Source: Octopus vulgaris | Taxonomy: Eukaryota | Length of the DNA: 64,000 nucleotides | NCBI GenBank assembly: GCA_951406725.2 | Contig: OX597824.1 | Coordinates: 65,224,001 to 65,288,000 of the forward strand | Reading direction: 5' to 3' | Shown: positions 12,374 through 22,692 of the stretch, one piece after another | Layout of the letters: each line of letters opens with the position of its first letter | How positions within the stretch are numbered: the stretch's first letter is position 1 | Made by a program: the position numbers and the translations under genes | The notes under the pieces: generated by a model | What the model was told of the DNA's origin: nothing | Seen by the model: only the letters and a program-made list of their open reading frames with translations | Databases searched by the model: none

Positions 12374-13412
12374 GATGTCTCAAAAGTAAATAGATGACTC
12401 TAAATTGACTCTCTCCCTAAACACACACACACACAAAGTGAGGATGTCTATGTACTTTTTAAATTTCTGTGTATATAACTGTAGACTAGAGGACTCCTTA
12501 GCTTTTGAGCATTGAAAGACAAAAAAGAAAAAAGGTAAAGCAACTTACATGAACTCACGCTATGGTAAGATACATACACTCACTAGAGTCTGTAAATTGG
12601 TTGGTTTTCAGAAGAGCATCCAATCAGGGCTGTGACTCTGAATATGAACTGTGGTATACTGGGACAATCCATCCAAACCATACCAGCGTAGACAATACCG
12701 CAAAATGATAATGATTTTTATGATTATATATGTATGTTTTACTATTATTGTTTCCTCGCCAAAATTGTAACTTTATTACTGTGACTTTTTGCCCTGTGGC
12801 TTTATTACCGGTTACCAAAGGTTTTGGTGCCCTCAGTGGTTCAAAATGTAAGCAAAAGTAATTAAAAATGTTAACGATTATAAATCATAAAATAAATTTT
12901 TATTTTTCAAAATGAAACAAAATTCCCAGTAATATGCAATATAGAGTTTATTTTTGTATGCTTCTATTTTATTTATATTTGGAAGGTTTTCTCTTTCGTT
13001 GTTTTTCTTTATCGTAAAGTGTTCGATGATATCGTTAAAATCAATTTTAGGTAAAACTTCTGTTTCATTATGAATATTATTTTAGCAAGTTTAAAGTGAT
13101 TTCTTTCGTGCCGTAAACCATTTTCATTTCTGTGGGGCTCCTTTCCTTTGATGCCCTAAGCACGTGCTTATTTTGCTTAATGACATAATCCAGCGGTGGT
13201 ATATATGTGTGTGTGTGTGTGGTTCACCGAATTGGCTTAGTCTAGTTGTAAATTATGTATTTTCTGTTGATATATAAAAAAAAAAACATGTACATAATTC
13301 TATTTTTTTAATTAAGTCCCATATCAGATCATGTTTTAATCTTTATTTAACGTAACCTCCCATACATATTAAACTTCTATATATTCTTATGTAAATGTGA
13401 GTGTATTATATG

Positions 13413-13444
<32 letters not shown>

Positions 13445-14145
13445 TCTATATGATACACACATCAGTATCTAATTTTCTTACATTTATATATGTTATTTAT
13501 ATACGAGTTTGTTTGTGTCTATGTAACTATGTAAGCAAGAAACAAACGAGGAAGAAACCACCCACCACAAAATTAGGAACGAAAGAAGAACAAAAAGTAA
13601 ACAAATAAATAAACCACGAAGGCCTAAAAAAGCCTGAAAAAAGATACGGATTGAGAATCTAGATAAAAATTTTTAAATATAATAATAATATATCAATAAT
13701 GTCTTTTGGGTTGCCAAAGTTCTAAGACTTGAAAGAAAGGAAAGAGATAGAAAAGGAAAAAGAAAGTAAAAATTAAAGTAGATAGTGAGGTGATTAAAGA
13801 ACACTGTGGATAGAAAGACAAATTGCATTATCTGAGGACAGAAAGAAGTAGCCTTCTTTTTTGTCTTTTCTGCCACCACCAGAATAGATAATGAACGAAA
13901 ATTGTGTTTTTAGCATAGAGTAAGATAGTTTTGTTTATTACATTTTGTTTTAGTCGGCGTTAAACGAGAAACAAAGCGATCAAGACAGAAATTATATATA
14001 CTCAAGATGAAAAAGAATAAGAGAAAAAGAGATATAAAAAGAAAAGTAGCGACAGAGAAAGAAAGGATATGAATATACATAGAGGTAGAAGAAGCAAGAT
14101 ATGAACAAAAGAAATATTTAAAGAAAACGAGAGAGAGAGAGGGAA

Positions 14146-14181
<36 letters not shown>

Positions 14182-14574
14182 GCTCGGAGAAAGAAAGAGA
14201 AATAGACCTTGCAGTAGAATATGCAAAAACAGAAAGTGATAGAAGAGTGATTAATAAACACACACACACACACACACACACAATTTTCGTAGGTTAAGCT
14301 CAAGTTTAGGACCCTGACCATACTCTCTCTCTCTCACCCTCCTTCTTCCCCTCTATCTATTTATCTATCTATCTTTCGATCTGTATGTATGTATGTGTAA
14401 TATATTTATAAATAAATAATTAGAATATATATCCGAGTACACATACAATACAGATATAATATATTGCTATATATATTGTGTATATATAAAAACATCTATG
14501 TGTTATATATAATATATCAAATTTACTTTAAAATGTATTTGTAATATATACAATTTCAAATACATGCAAATATA

Positions 14575-14780
14575 CATAGGTTAAAAAGCTTGTTTTGCAA
14601 CCACGTGGTTCCGAGTTCAGTCTCACAGCACGGTACCTTGGGGAAATGTTTTCTACTATAGCCCCGATTTAACCAATACCTTGTGACGGAAACTGAGTGG
14701 AAGCCTGTTGTATATATATATATTTGTGTTTGTTTTTGCCTCTCCACCTCCCACTTGACAACCGGTGTGCTTATATTTCC
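14575..14780 (+). mobile_element. tRNA-derived SINE family A, partial
   Basis: Matches the head and body of the copy at 44470-44860 (GGTTCCGAGTTCAGTC...CCTTGGGGAAATG...CTACTATAGCC). Confidence 0.75.
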
Positions 14781-15172
14781 GCACATGCATGCATACATAC
14801 ATACATACATACATACATACATACATACATAATACATACATATATACATACATATCTGACCAACCTTGAGAAATTAGGGTTCCACAACCAAAAAGGAGAA
14901 AGCTAATTAGCAGGTAACAGATGCAAGCCATCAATGGAATTGTAAAAATGTATAAAACTTTCCCAAAGTTTAGCATATGAGTGCATATGCACATGATTAG
15001 TTATGCAACTATATGTATGAGCACACATACATGAAGCAATACAGAGATCTGCACATAAATTGATACCAAATACTTGATGTTGAAATTCCAATAAAGGAGC
15101 TTTGGATCTAGGTTAGAAACTGACCCTTTCTCCATTGGAGAGAATTCTGGATATAAAACTACATAGTAGCAT

Positions 15173-15236
<64 letters not shown>

Positions 15237-15356
15237 GCATGCACGCATGCACGCACACACATGAATACATACATACATATACAGGGGGAAGTAGAGCAAC
15301 AAATTAGTATTCGACATGTAGCTGAGGTTTATATGAATTTGATAACTTGATTCATC

Positions 15357-15413
15357 TCTACACGACACAAAGTTTCGTGGGTGCATATGAGTGACTACCT
15401 CTTCAGGTGTAAA
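15357..15413 (-). ncRNA. Type I hammerhead ribozyme-like motif
   Basis: Minus strand: TTTACAC CTGAAGA GGTAGTCACTCATATGCACCCAC GAAA CTTTGTG TC GTGTAGA. Stem I (TACAC/GTGTA) pairs well, core boxes are intact and the triplet is GUC. Stem II is imperfect. Confidence 0.6.
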
Positions 15414-15553
15414 TCTCTCTCTCTCCCTTTCTCTCTTCCCCGTCTCTCTCACACACATACACATAAAAATATACTTATATATTTGTATCTTATGACTGAT
15501 CGCTAAATTCACAAGTTTTTAAAAATTCTCTCTCTATTTATTTCCTTATATTC

Positions 15554-15589
15554 CTTTCTGTTGAAGAGCGTAGGCTCGAAACATAAAAG
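15554..15589 (+). ncRNA. Minimal hammerhead-like motif with variant core (CUGUUGA)
   Basis: CTTT CTGTTGA A GAGC GTAG GCTC GAAA CA TA AAAG: stem I CTTT/AAAG, stem II GAGC/GCTC. Confidence 0.5.
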
Positions 15590-15706
15590 ACTTTCCCACT
15601 TTCCCAAGTGTCAAACTAACACACCTGCTTATTGTTCATATACCTGTCTTCTTTTGTTTATGGCGATTTTCTTCCTCCGTCTTCCTTTCTATTGGACATT
15701 CCTCTT

Positions 15707-15739
15707 TTTCTGAAGAAGAGCGTTGCTCGAAACGTTAAA
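15707..15739 (+). ncRNA. Minimal hammerhead-like motif
   Basis: TTT CTGAAGA A GAGC GTT GCTC GAAA CG TT AAA. Palindromic AACGTT at stem III. Lies 152 bp downstream of the previous motif in a related repeat unit. Confidence 0.55.
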
Positions 15740-15828
15740 TCATCTTTCTTTCTGTGAGCGTCTGCTAATACTTTACATGTACCACATCCTCGCGTTGTTT
15801 TTTTTTTTGTGTTTGTTGTTCTTTTTTG

Positions 15829-15867
<39 letters not shown>

Positions 15868-15889
15868 TGTATGTATATTTGTATGTTTA

Positions 15890-16480
15890 TCCTATTATAA
15901 ATTTGAATGATGTTTCTCTGCCCGTTACGTTTTTATGTTCGTTAACTCCTCTTAGATCGTTGGTGCAAGGGCAACGAAACTCAAACCAGCAACTCCATCA
16001 ATCCCTGAGAATATCCTAAGGGGGTCTATTTTTTAAGGGCCGCCTAATTGGGACCCCAATGACCTCCCTATTTTTACTGCATTTTAAACTAAATACATGG
16101 CATTGACAATCAAATCAGAGCAATGACAAAGAATTTCATACCAAGAACTCCCAGGGAGTATGGTAAGGAGGTTCAGTCTCTAAAGGGCCACTTAAATAGG
16201 CCTCTAATGGACCCCTCCCCTATTTTAACTGCATTTACCTCACTCCTACTCATTGAATAAACTATGATCAACATCAGAGCTTAGCACATTTGCAGAAATA
16301 AGTTTGGGCATTCTAAATACCTTCACGTACAGTCAAATTGAGATAAAGAGTTATAACAGGTACGTTTCAAGTGTGGGTATTTATATTTTGTAGTTTATGA
16401 AACTTATATCTTGTGTTAATAATTGCCCGAAGATCCTGTGCACCAACAGGCAAATCTGGGAGTAACAAGATACTGGCTGG
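15890..16480 (+). mobile_element. Non-autonomous Helitron-like element with internal ~150-bp direct repeat
   Basis: Starts A|TCCTATTATAA. Motif AACTCCTCTTAGATCGTTGGTGCAAG resembles ATCTCCTCCGAGATCCTGTGGTGCAAG of the 11917 Helitron. Internal repeat at ~16020-16085 and ~16168-16238. 3' end is degenerate (GATACTGGCTGG). Confidence 0.55.
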
Positions 16481-16494
16481 ATTAAAATATCATA

Positions 16495-17200
16495 TATATA
16501 TAGCCATTTTAATTACATTAACCTCTTCAAAAGTCATTCCCACTTTATTCATTGCAAAAATAAGGGCCTTATTAAACACAATTTCATTAATAGAAGAATA
16601 GTAATAATCTATATCTATTTGAATAAATTTGTATCGATTTTTTTCTTTAAACCAATTTAAAGTATTATTATTACTAAACCATAATTTTAAGTAATTAAGT
16701 TTATTTAATTTATTAATATATTTATCTAAAATAAGTTTACTCAATTTACCAAGGTCAGATTTACATGGACAAATTAATCTAACTTTAGGGTCTGAATAAA
16801 AATTATCTTTATGGTCTTTCAGAGTAATTCTAGGGTGCATAGGTACATAAAGTTCAGTTTTATTATCCAACTTATAGTTTATCATGACTAATTTAGAGGC
16901 CTTATTAATATTATAAAGTATACTATCTGGAACAATTTTATATTTTTTAATTATCTCTTTCTCTAAAAGGTTATCATATAATTTAACATCCAATTTATAT
17001 AGATTCCTAGTTTTATCTGATTGTACAATAATACCATCCATATTTCTCATTTCTTTAATTCTAATTGCTAAATTTCTTAAATATTCATTATTTCTGCTTG
17101 GGTATTTATGAAATTTAATGTTTTTCACCGCCTTCCAAATATTATCTTCTAGTATATAAGAAAAATTATTATATTATTTATTTCTAAAAAAATATTGTTT
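16495..17200 (-). mobile_element. Penelope-like element reverse transcriptase fragment (N-terminal part to RT motif A)
   Basis: ORF 16490-17128 has SDKTRNLY (DKG-equivalent), ITLKDHKDNF...PKVRLICPCKSDLGKLSKLILD and FIQIDIDYYYSSI (motif A-like). It is truncated in a TA run. Confidence 0.8.
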
Positions 17201-17219
17201 AAATATTTCTGATTATTTA

Positions 17220-17695
17220 TTAAAATATTATAATTAACCTGAAGATTGACTGTAACCATAATTCGAATTATTAATTGAATTTAAATTATTGTTATTCGAA
17301 TTGGTTACGGGCATGAAACGATCGTAGTGTTTTTACTCTTTATCTTATTTTAAACTTTTAATACTTTTTGATAGTTATATAATAAAAAAAAAATAATAAT
17401 AAAATATATATATATATTTAAAATTTATAAGTTTAAATTATTAATTTAAATAATTTTAAAAATTTTAACTTTAATTTAAATATTTTAATTTGGAATTTTA
17501 TATTTTATGTTTTATATTTTTTATATATTTTTTAATTAATTTTATTTCTATGTATTGGCTTATGATTTTCATTGTTTGATTTGCCTAATAGTGGTTTTAT
17601 CTCTAATTTAATATAATATATATTTATACTATAAAATTAGATTTAATCCTAAATCTAATTTTTCCCTGTAAGTTTGGATTTACTCCCTAATATTA
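17220..17695 (+). mobile_element. Probable Penelope-like pseudo-LTR, inverted relative to the adjacent RT fragment
   Basis: Extremely AT-rich segment fused to the RT fragment. It carries the hammerhead motif on the opposite strand and ends at a (TAT)n/(TA)n microsatellite. Assignment is inference. Confidence 0.45.
17234..17331 (+). ncRNA. Type I hammerhead-like motif with long stem II
   Basis: CTGAAGA at 17239-17245. A ~69-nt hairpin (TGACTGTAACCA..AATTCGAAT / ATTCGAATTGGTTACGGGCA) follows. GAAA at 17315-17318, palindromic ACGATCGT stem III, GUA triplet. Stem I is weak. Confidence 0.65.
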
Positions 17696-17711
17696 TTATT
17701 ATATATAAATA

Positions 17712-17754
<43 letters not shown>

Positions 17755-17755
17755 G

Positions 17756-17800
<45 letters not shown>

Positions 17801-17847
17801 TTATTTATAGATATATGGGCACCTGTATATATTATATGAAAAGGTAA

Positions 17848-18076
17848 GACCTCGTCACAAAAATGAAAAACAAAAATGTGTAGTAAATGAATATGAAAAA
17901 AAATTGCGCCGACGAACGGGAGAGTGGGGAGAGGACTCGGAAAATTTACATCGTGAATTTTCCGAGTCTTCTCCCCCACCCCCGTGCGTCAGCGCGCATT
18001 TTTTTTTCATATTCATTTACTACACATTATTTTATACTTATTACACTATTTTTATTTTCATTTTTCTGACCGGGTT
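17848..18076. mobile_element. Palindromic MITE (Kolobok-like by flanks)
   Basis: Near end-to-end inverted repeat centred at ~17951 (GACTCGGAAAATTTAC ATC GTGAATTTTCCGAGTC). Flanked by GTAA (17844-17847) and TTAA (18077-18080). Confidence 0.65.
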
Positions 18077-18149
18077 TTAAACTAGAGATTAACCAGAAAA
18101 ACATTGAAATGGAAAAGAAAATGGGGAGTAGTGCGAGACACCTATCATA

Positions 18150-18266
18150 TTGTGGAAAAGAGAGAGAGAGAGAGTTTGTGTGTGTGTGTAAATGCATAGA
18201 GGTAACACGAGAGGGAGTATAAACTTAAAGAGAAAGAGAAAACTAAATAGGATGAGGGAGAGAAAT

Positions 18267-18297
<31 letters not shown>

Positions 18298-19025
18298 AAC
18301 GTGAGTGAGAGATTAGTCGCAGCGATCTGCAGCCGAACTGATCGCATCGTAAAACAATTCTTCCGATGATATAGATAACGTGGAAGCATTAAGAAAAAAC
18401 AACAACAAACTATTACTACTAAATCAGCAATCAACAGCTTCATCAACAACTACACAGGATTTACTACTACTGCAACAATAATATTTCAGTCGACTGGGTG
18501 TTGTTTGAAGCCATGAGATTTTACCTAGCAAACGTTACACATTTATGTAAACTCCTTACCTAGCGAACGTTTACATAAAACTCCCTAACACATTTGTTCA
18601 TGGTGTCCTCTTGTCTTCTTCCAATATATCAACCGCTGTTGATTGTGACTGGATATAACTAACCAAGATGACTAGTATGGATTAACATCAATTTCTTTAT
18701 TACAGAATCATCGATAATATTACATCGATTACGCAGGGAAGGAAGAAACTAGTGATCAGTTTTTTTTTACCCCTCTGTTATTTACTTTTTACCTGAGTAG
18801 TATACCTACTTTACAGCGGTAAGTGGCTACTGTTTTTTTTCTCTCTCTCTTGTCTCCTCGCTCTCCTTCTTTTCTATATGATCGGAAAGGATTTTAGGCA
18901 TTATTTTGAAAAGGAATACACATTAAATACTCAAACATCCTTGACACGACTTAGAAAGGAGAAGAAAAGGCTTGAAAGAGAGAATAGAAAAGAAGAAATT
19001 CGATGTTAACTACATAATATTAACA
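18150..19025 (+). promoter_or_regulatory. Putative promoter and 5' UTR of the Flamingo/CELSR gene
   Basis: Transposon-free region with (GA)n tracts and locally elevated CpG (18290-18385), directly upstream of the ATG. The TSS cannot be placed from sequence alone. Confidence 0.45.
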
Positions 19026-22000
19026 ATGGTCATGAGTTGTGCGTGTCTGTCGCATTTTCGTGCTTGTGTGTTTTTTGTCGTTGTCATGTCCATGTTTGCT
19101 GTCAGCGGACTAGTTACTGCTGAGTTTGTTGCTGATTCGCCCTATACACTCAATATCTGCCAAAATATCGCGGACAGTTCTATGAACATTGCCAGTCCAA
19201 CGAAAACTTACAGGATACCTAATCCCAATGGACTTCTAATCTTTAACGCTAGTCTCGGACCTCACTGGTACTATGAAATCGATCCAACTCGCCACAGTTA
19301 TGAAGTCTTTGACTATTTTTCATTGGACTCTAGCACTGGTCATTTATACATCAAAAGCCCCTTTAATTGGTCAACATTTTCCCATGTTATTAAACCAACT
19401 GGTCATTTGAATTTGTATATAACAGCGCACACGCACACCCTGCATAATCATCGGATGCCCAGTCATACTGTTATGCCGCTATCAGTGTATGCCTATGGTC
19501 CTGATTGTCATCAAAACCACAGGCGAAAAAGTATGCCTCATAATGTTTTGCTACAGAACTATCAATTAATTGTAATTAATAGTTACAAAGATAGTTATCC
19601 TATCATTTCAAAGGGAGAGCCTCTGGCTTGCTTGCTCAAATTTTTGCCCGAATCCATACACGATAAACTTTGCAATGTAATAGTACATAACAGCAAAGAC
19701 TATACTGTAAGTAGCAAATATTGCATTAGAGCTAGAAATGAAATGCATCCGTTTGACGGTATTTTAACTATTTATGGTGATATACAATTTAGTTGTGATG
19801 AACAAGAAAAGAAGACCTCTTTTAAAATTCTTCACAACACACATAAGTTCTTAGAACACTCCTTAGAGGAAAAAACGCGAAGTCGTCGTCGCAGACGAGC
19901 GTACCGGAATCGTGCTCCACGTTTTCCTCAGGTGTATTATACTAAACGTGTTCAAGAAGACGAATCCGCTGGTGTTATTGTTGGGTTCATTACGGCAACA
20001 GACCCAGATAAAGAAGACGCAGGAATAATAACCTATACCCTGATTGCTACCCAGGATAAACGTAGCCAGTCTATGTTTGCGATCGACCCTACATCTGGCA
20101 AAGTTACCACTGTGACAAAACTTGACCGCGAACTAATTCCTAAACATTATTTCACTGTTATTGCAACAGATAATGGTGTCCCACCTCAAAGTAGTTCTGT
20201 GTCATTAATTATTACAGTAACTGATGCCAATGATAATGTTCCTGTTTTTGAAAAAAAAGTCTATGTAGAAAGTGTTTCAGAAAGCATTGATATTGATTCT
20301 GTCATTTTATCTGTCCGTGCTACAGACAGAGATATAGGAGACAATGCAAAAATCAAGTATTCAATTTTAAACCCCGAGGAACCTAATGATGCATTTGCTA
20401 TTGGTCCATACAATGGTATTATTACTACTCGTAAGTATCTTGATCGGGAAGTAGTTAGTTTTTATCGACTAATAATCCAAGCTACTGATCAGGCTCCTGT
20501 GTCAGAAAGGAAAACTTCAACAGCAACAGTTGAAATCACTATAATTGATGACAACGATAATTATCCTCAGTTCAGTCAACGATCATATTCAACAGAAATT
20601 CCTGAAGATATTGATGTTAGCTCCAACCCCATAATCGTAAATATTTCAGCTATAGATAAAGACAAAGACAAAAATGCAGAAATATCATACACTATTTCAG
20701 GTGGTAACAGTCGGAATGTTTTTCGTATTAACCATGCTACTGGAGAACTTATTCTGCAAAAATCATTAGACTTTGAAGATACTAAACAATACTCTCTCAA
20801 GATCCGTGCTCAAGATGGTGGATCTCCACCCAAAACAAACAGTACAACAGTAAATATTCGTGTTACAGATATTAATGACAATGATCCTGAATTTTTTAAT
20901 AATTACTTAGAACCTGTTACTGAAAATATTCCTGCAAATACCAGTATTCGACAAATTCAGGCATTTGATCGGGATTCTGGTTTGAATGCTGAATTAGTTT
21001 ACAGAATTGTGCAAAGACCAGCCTACTTACCTTTGACTATAAATCCTAAAACTGGATGGATTCGAACTACTGCAGTATTGGATAGAGAGAATTCTACATC
21101 ATATACATTTAGTGTTGAAGCTAAAGATTCCGGAAAACCACCCCGATCAGCTGTTACAAAAGTAGAACTTGTCATTCGAGATGTTAATGATAATGCCCCG
21201 ATTTTTAACCCTAAAGTTTACAATGTCAGTGTATCTGAAGAAGCTAAACATGGACATCAAGTTGTGGTTGTTACAGCCACTGACAAAGACGAAGGAACAA
21301 ATGCTGAACTAAACTACCGCATTACTAAGGGCAATACTGATGATGCCTTTCGTATTATTTCAACTGATGGAACCATTTTGGTGGCCAAAACTCTTAACTA
21401 TCGTGAACACAGTCGGTATACTTTGACAGTTACAGCATCAGACCTTCTTGGAAATAAAGATGTTGCTGAAGTGTTTATTCAGATTATTGATACAAACAGA
21501 TTCCAACCGAAATTTCAGAACACACCTTATCGTATAAGTGTTTCAGAAGATGTACCTGTTGGAAAAACTATTTTTAATGTTTTTGCACTTGATCAAGATG
21601 TTGGAGAAAATGCACGAATAACTTACAGCATCGATCCTACTGATGTTTTTGCAGTTGTTGCAAATACTGGAGATGTCTACACTCACAAAAAGCTTGACCG
21701 AGAGAAGCAAGCTGGTTATACAGTCAGTGTTACAGCCAGTGATCAAGGAAAGCCATCTAAAATGGACACCACAGATTTAGTTATTACTATTGAGGATGTA
21801 AATGACAACAAACCAGAATTTCAAGAAATACGCTACTCAGGTTATGTTTTGGAAAGTGCTGAAATTGGAACACGAGTACTTGAAATTTCAGCCAGAGACA
21901 GAGATGCTGGGCGTAATGGTCAAATTTACTATACATTTGAAAATGGCAATGATGGCAATGGTGATTTTCTCATTGATACTACTCAGGGTGCAATTCGAAT

Positions 22001-22692
22001 TAATAAGAAACTTGATCGAGAACGTGTGTCCAAGTATGAACTAGTTGCCTATGCTGTTGATAGAGGAGCTAATCCAACTTCCTCATCAGTTGTAATAGAT
22101 ATTGATGTAGAAGACGTTAATGATAATAAACCACAATTTGAAGCCGCTGAAATCCGAGTGGAAATTGTTGAAAATAGCCCTATAGGATCAACTGTTGCAA
22201 AACTTATGGCCCATGATCCTGATGTTGGAGAAAATGCAGAGATTCAGTACATGCTTTTGAATGAGTATGATCGTGATGATTTTGAGCTACGTGGACGCCC
22301 TGGATCAGCTGCTATAATTTTATCTAATGTTGATCTTGATTATGAATCAAGCAAAAAGTTTTATAAGCTACGCCTTCGTGCCATCTCTGAAAATCTTTTT
22401 TCTGATACTACTATTATTATTGCTGTTACGGATATTAATGATAACAAACCCCAGCTACAAGATTTCACTATCATCATCAACAACCTTTTGAATTATTTTC
22501 CAACTGGTATTATTGGGAGAATTCCTGCATATGATCCAGATGAAATTAACCGTGACACTTTGACCTATACATTTGTGTCAGGTAATGAAGGAAATCTTTT
22601 AGATCTAAATCCTTCAACTGGAGAAATTACCTTGGATTCAAGACTTAACTCTGATGTCTCTCGCAATGGAACATTAGAAGTTTCAGTTTCAG
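19026..22692 (+). CDS. CELSR: Flamingo/starry night/CELSR cadherin EGF LAG seven-pass receptor, first coding exon (signal peptide, prodomain, cadherin repeats 1-9)
   Basis: ATG in ACAATGG context and hydrophobic signal peptide. Furin site RSRRRRR at 19878-19898. Nine cadherin repeats with LDRE, AxDxD and DxNDNxP motifs. CELSR-typical last repeat (LQDFTIIINN, IGRIPAYDPD, LEVSVS). Ends at donor CAG|GTAAGT, phase 1. Confidence 0.93.

Noticed and set aside
13910-15512. Many short ORFs rich in CV, HT, YI, LS or ER dipeptides (here and throughout the window)
   Set aside because: They are artefacts of dinucleotide and trinucleotide microsatellites.
18972-19025. ORF-track start of the 1243-aa ORF
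   Set aside because: It starts at TTG. The first in-frame ATG (19026) has a good Kozak context and precedes a signal peptide. The terminal GKF-stop is read-through into the intron.
19026-22692. Clustered-type protocadherin of the cephalopod expansion
   Set aside because: It has nine repeats after a long prodomain, no transmembrane segment in the exon, and CELSR-specific ninth-repeat motifs.
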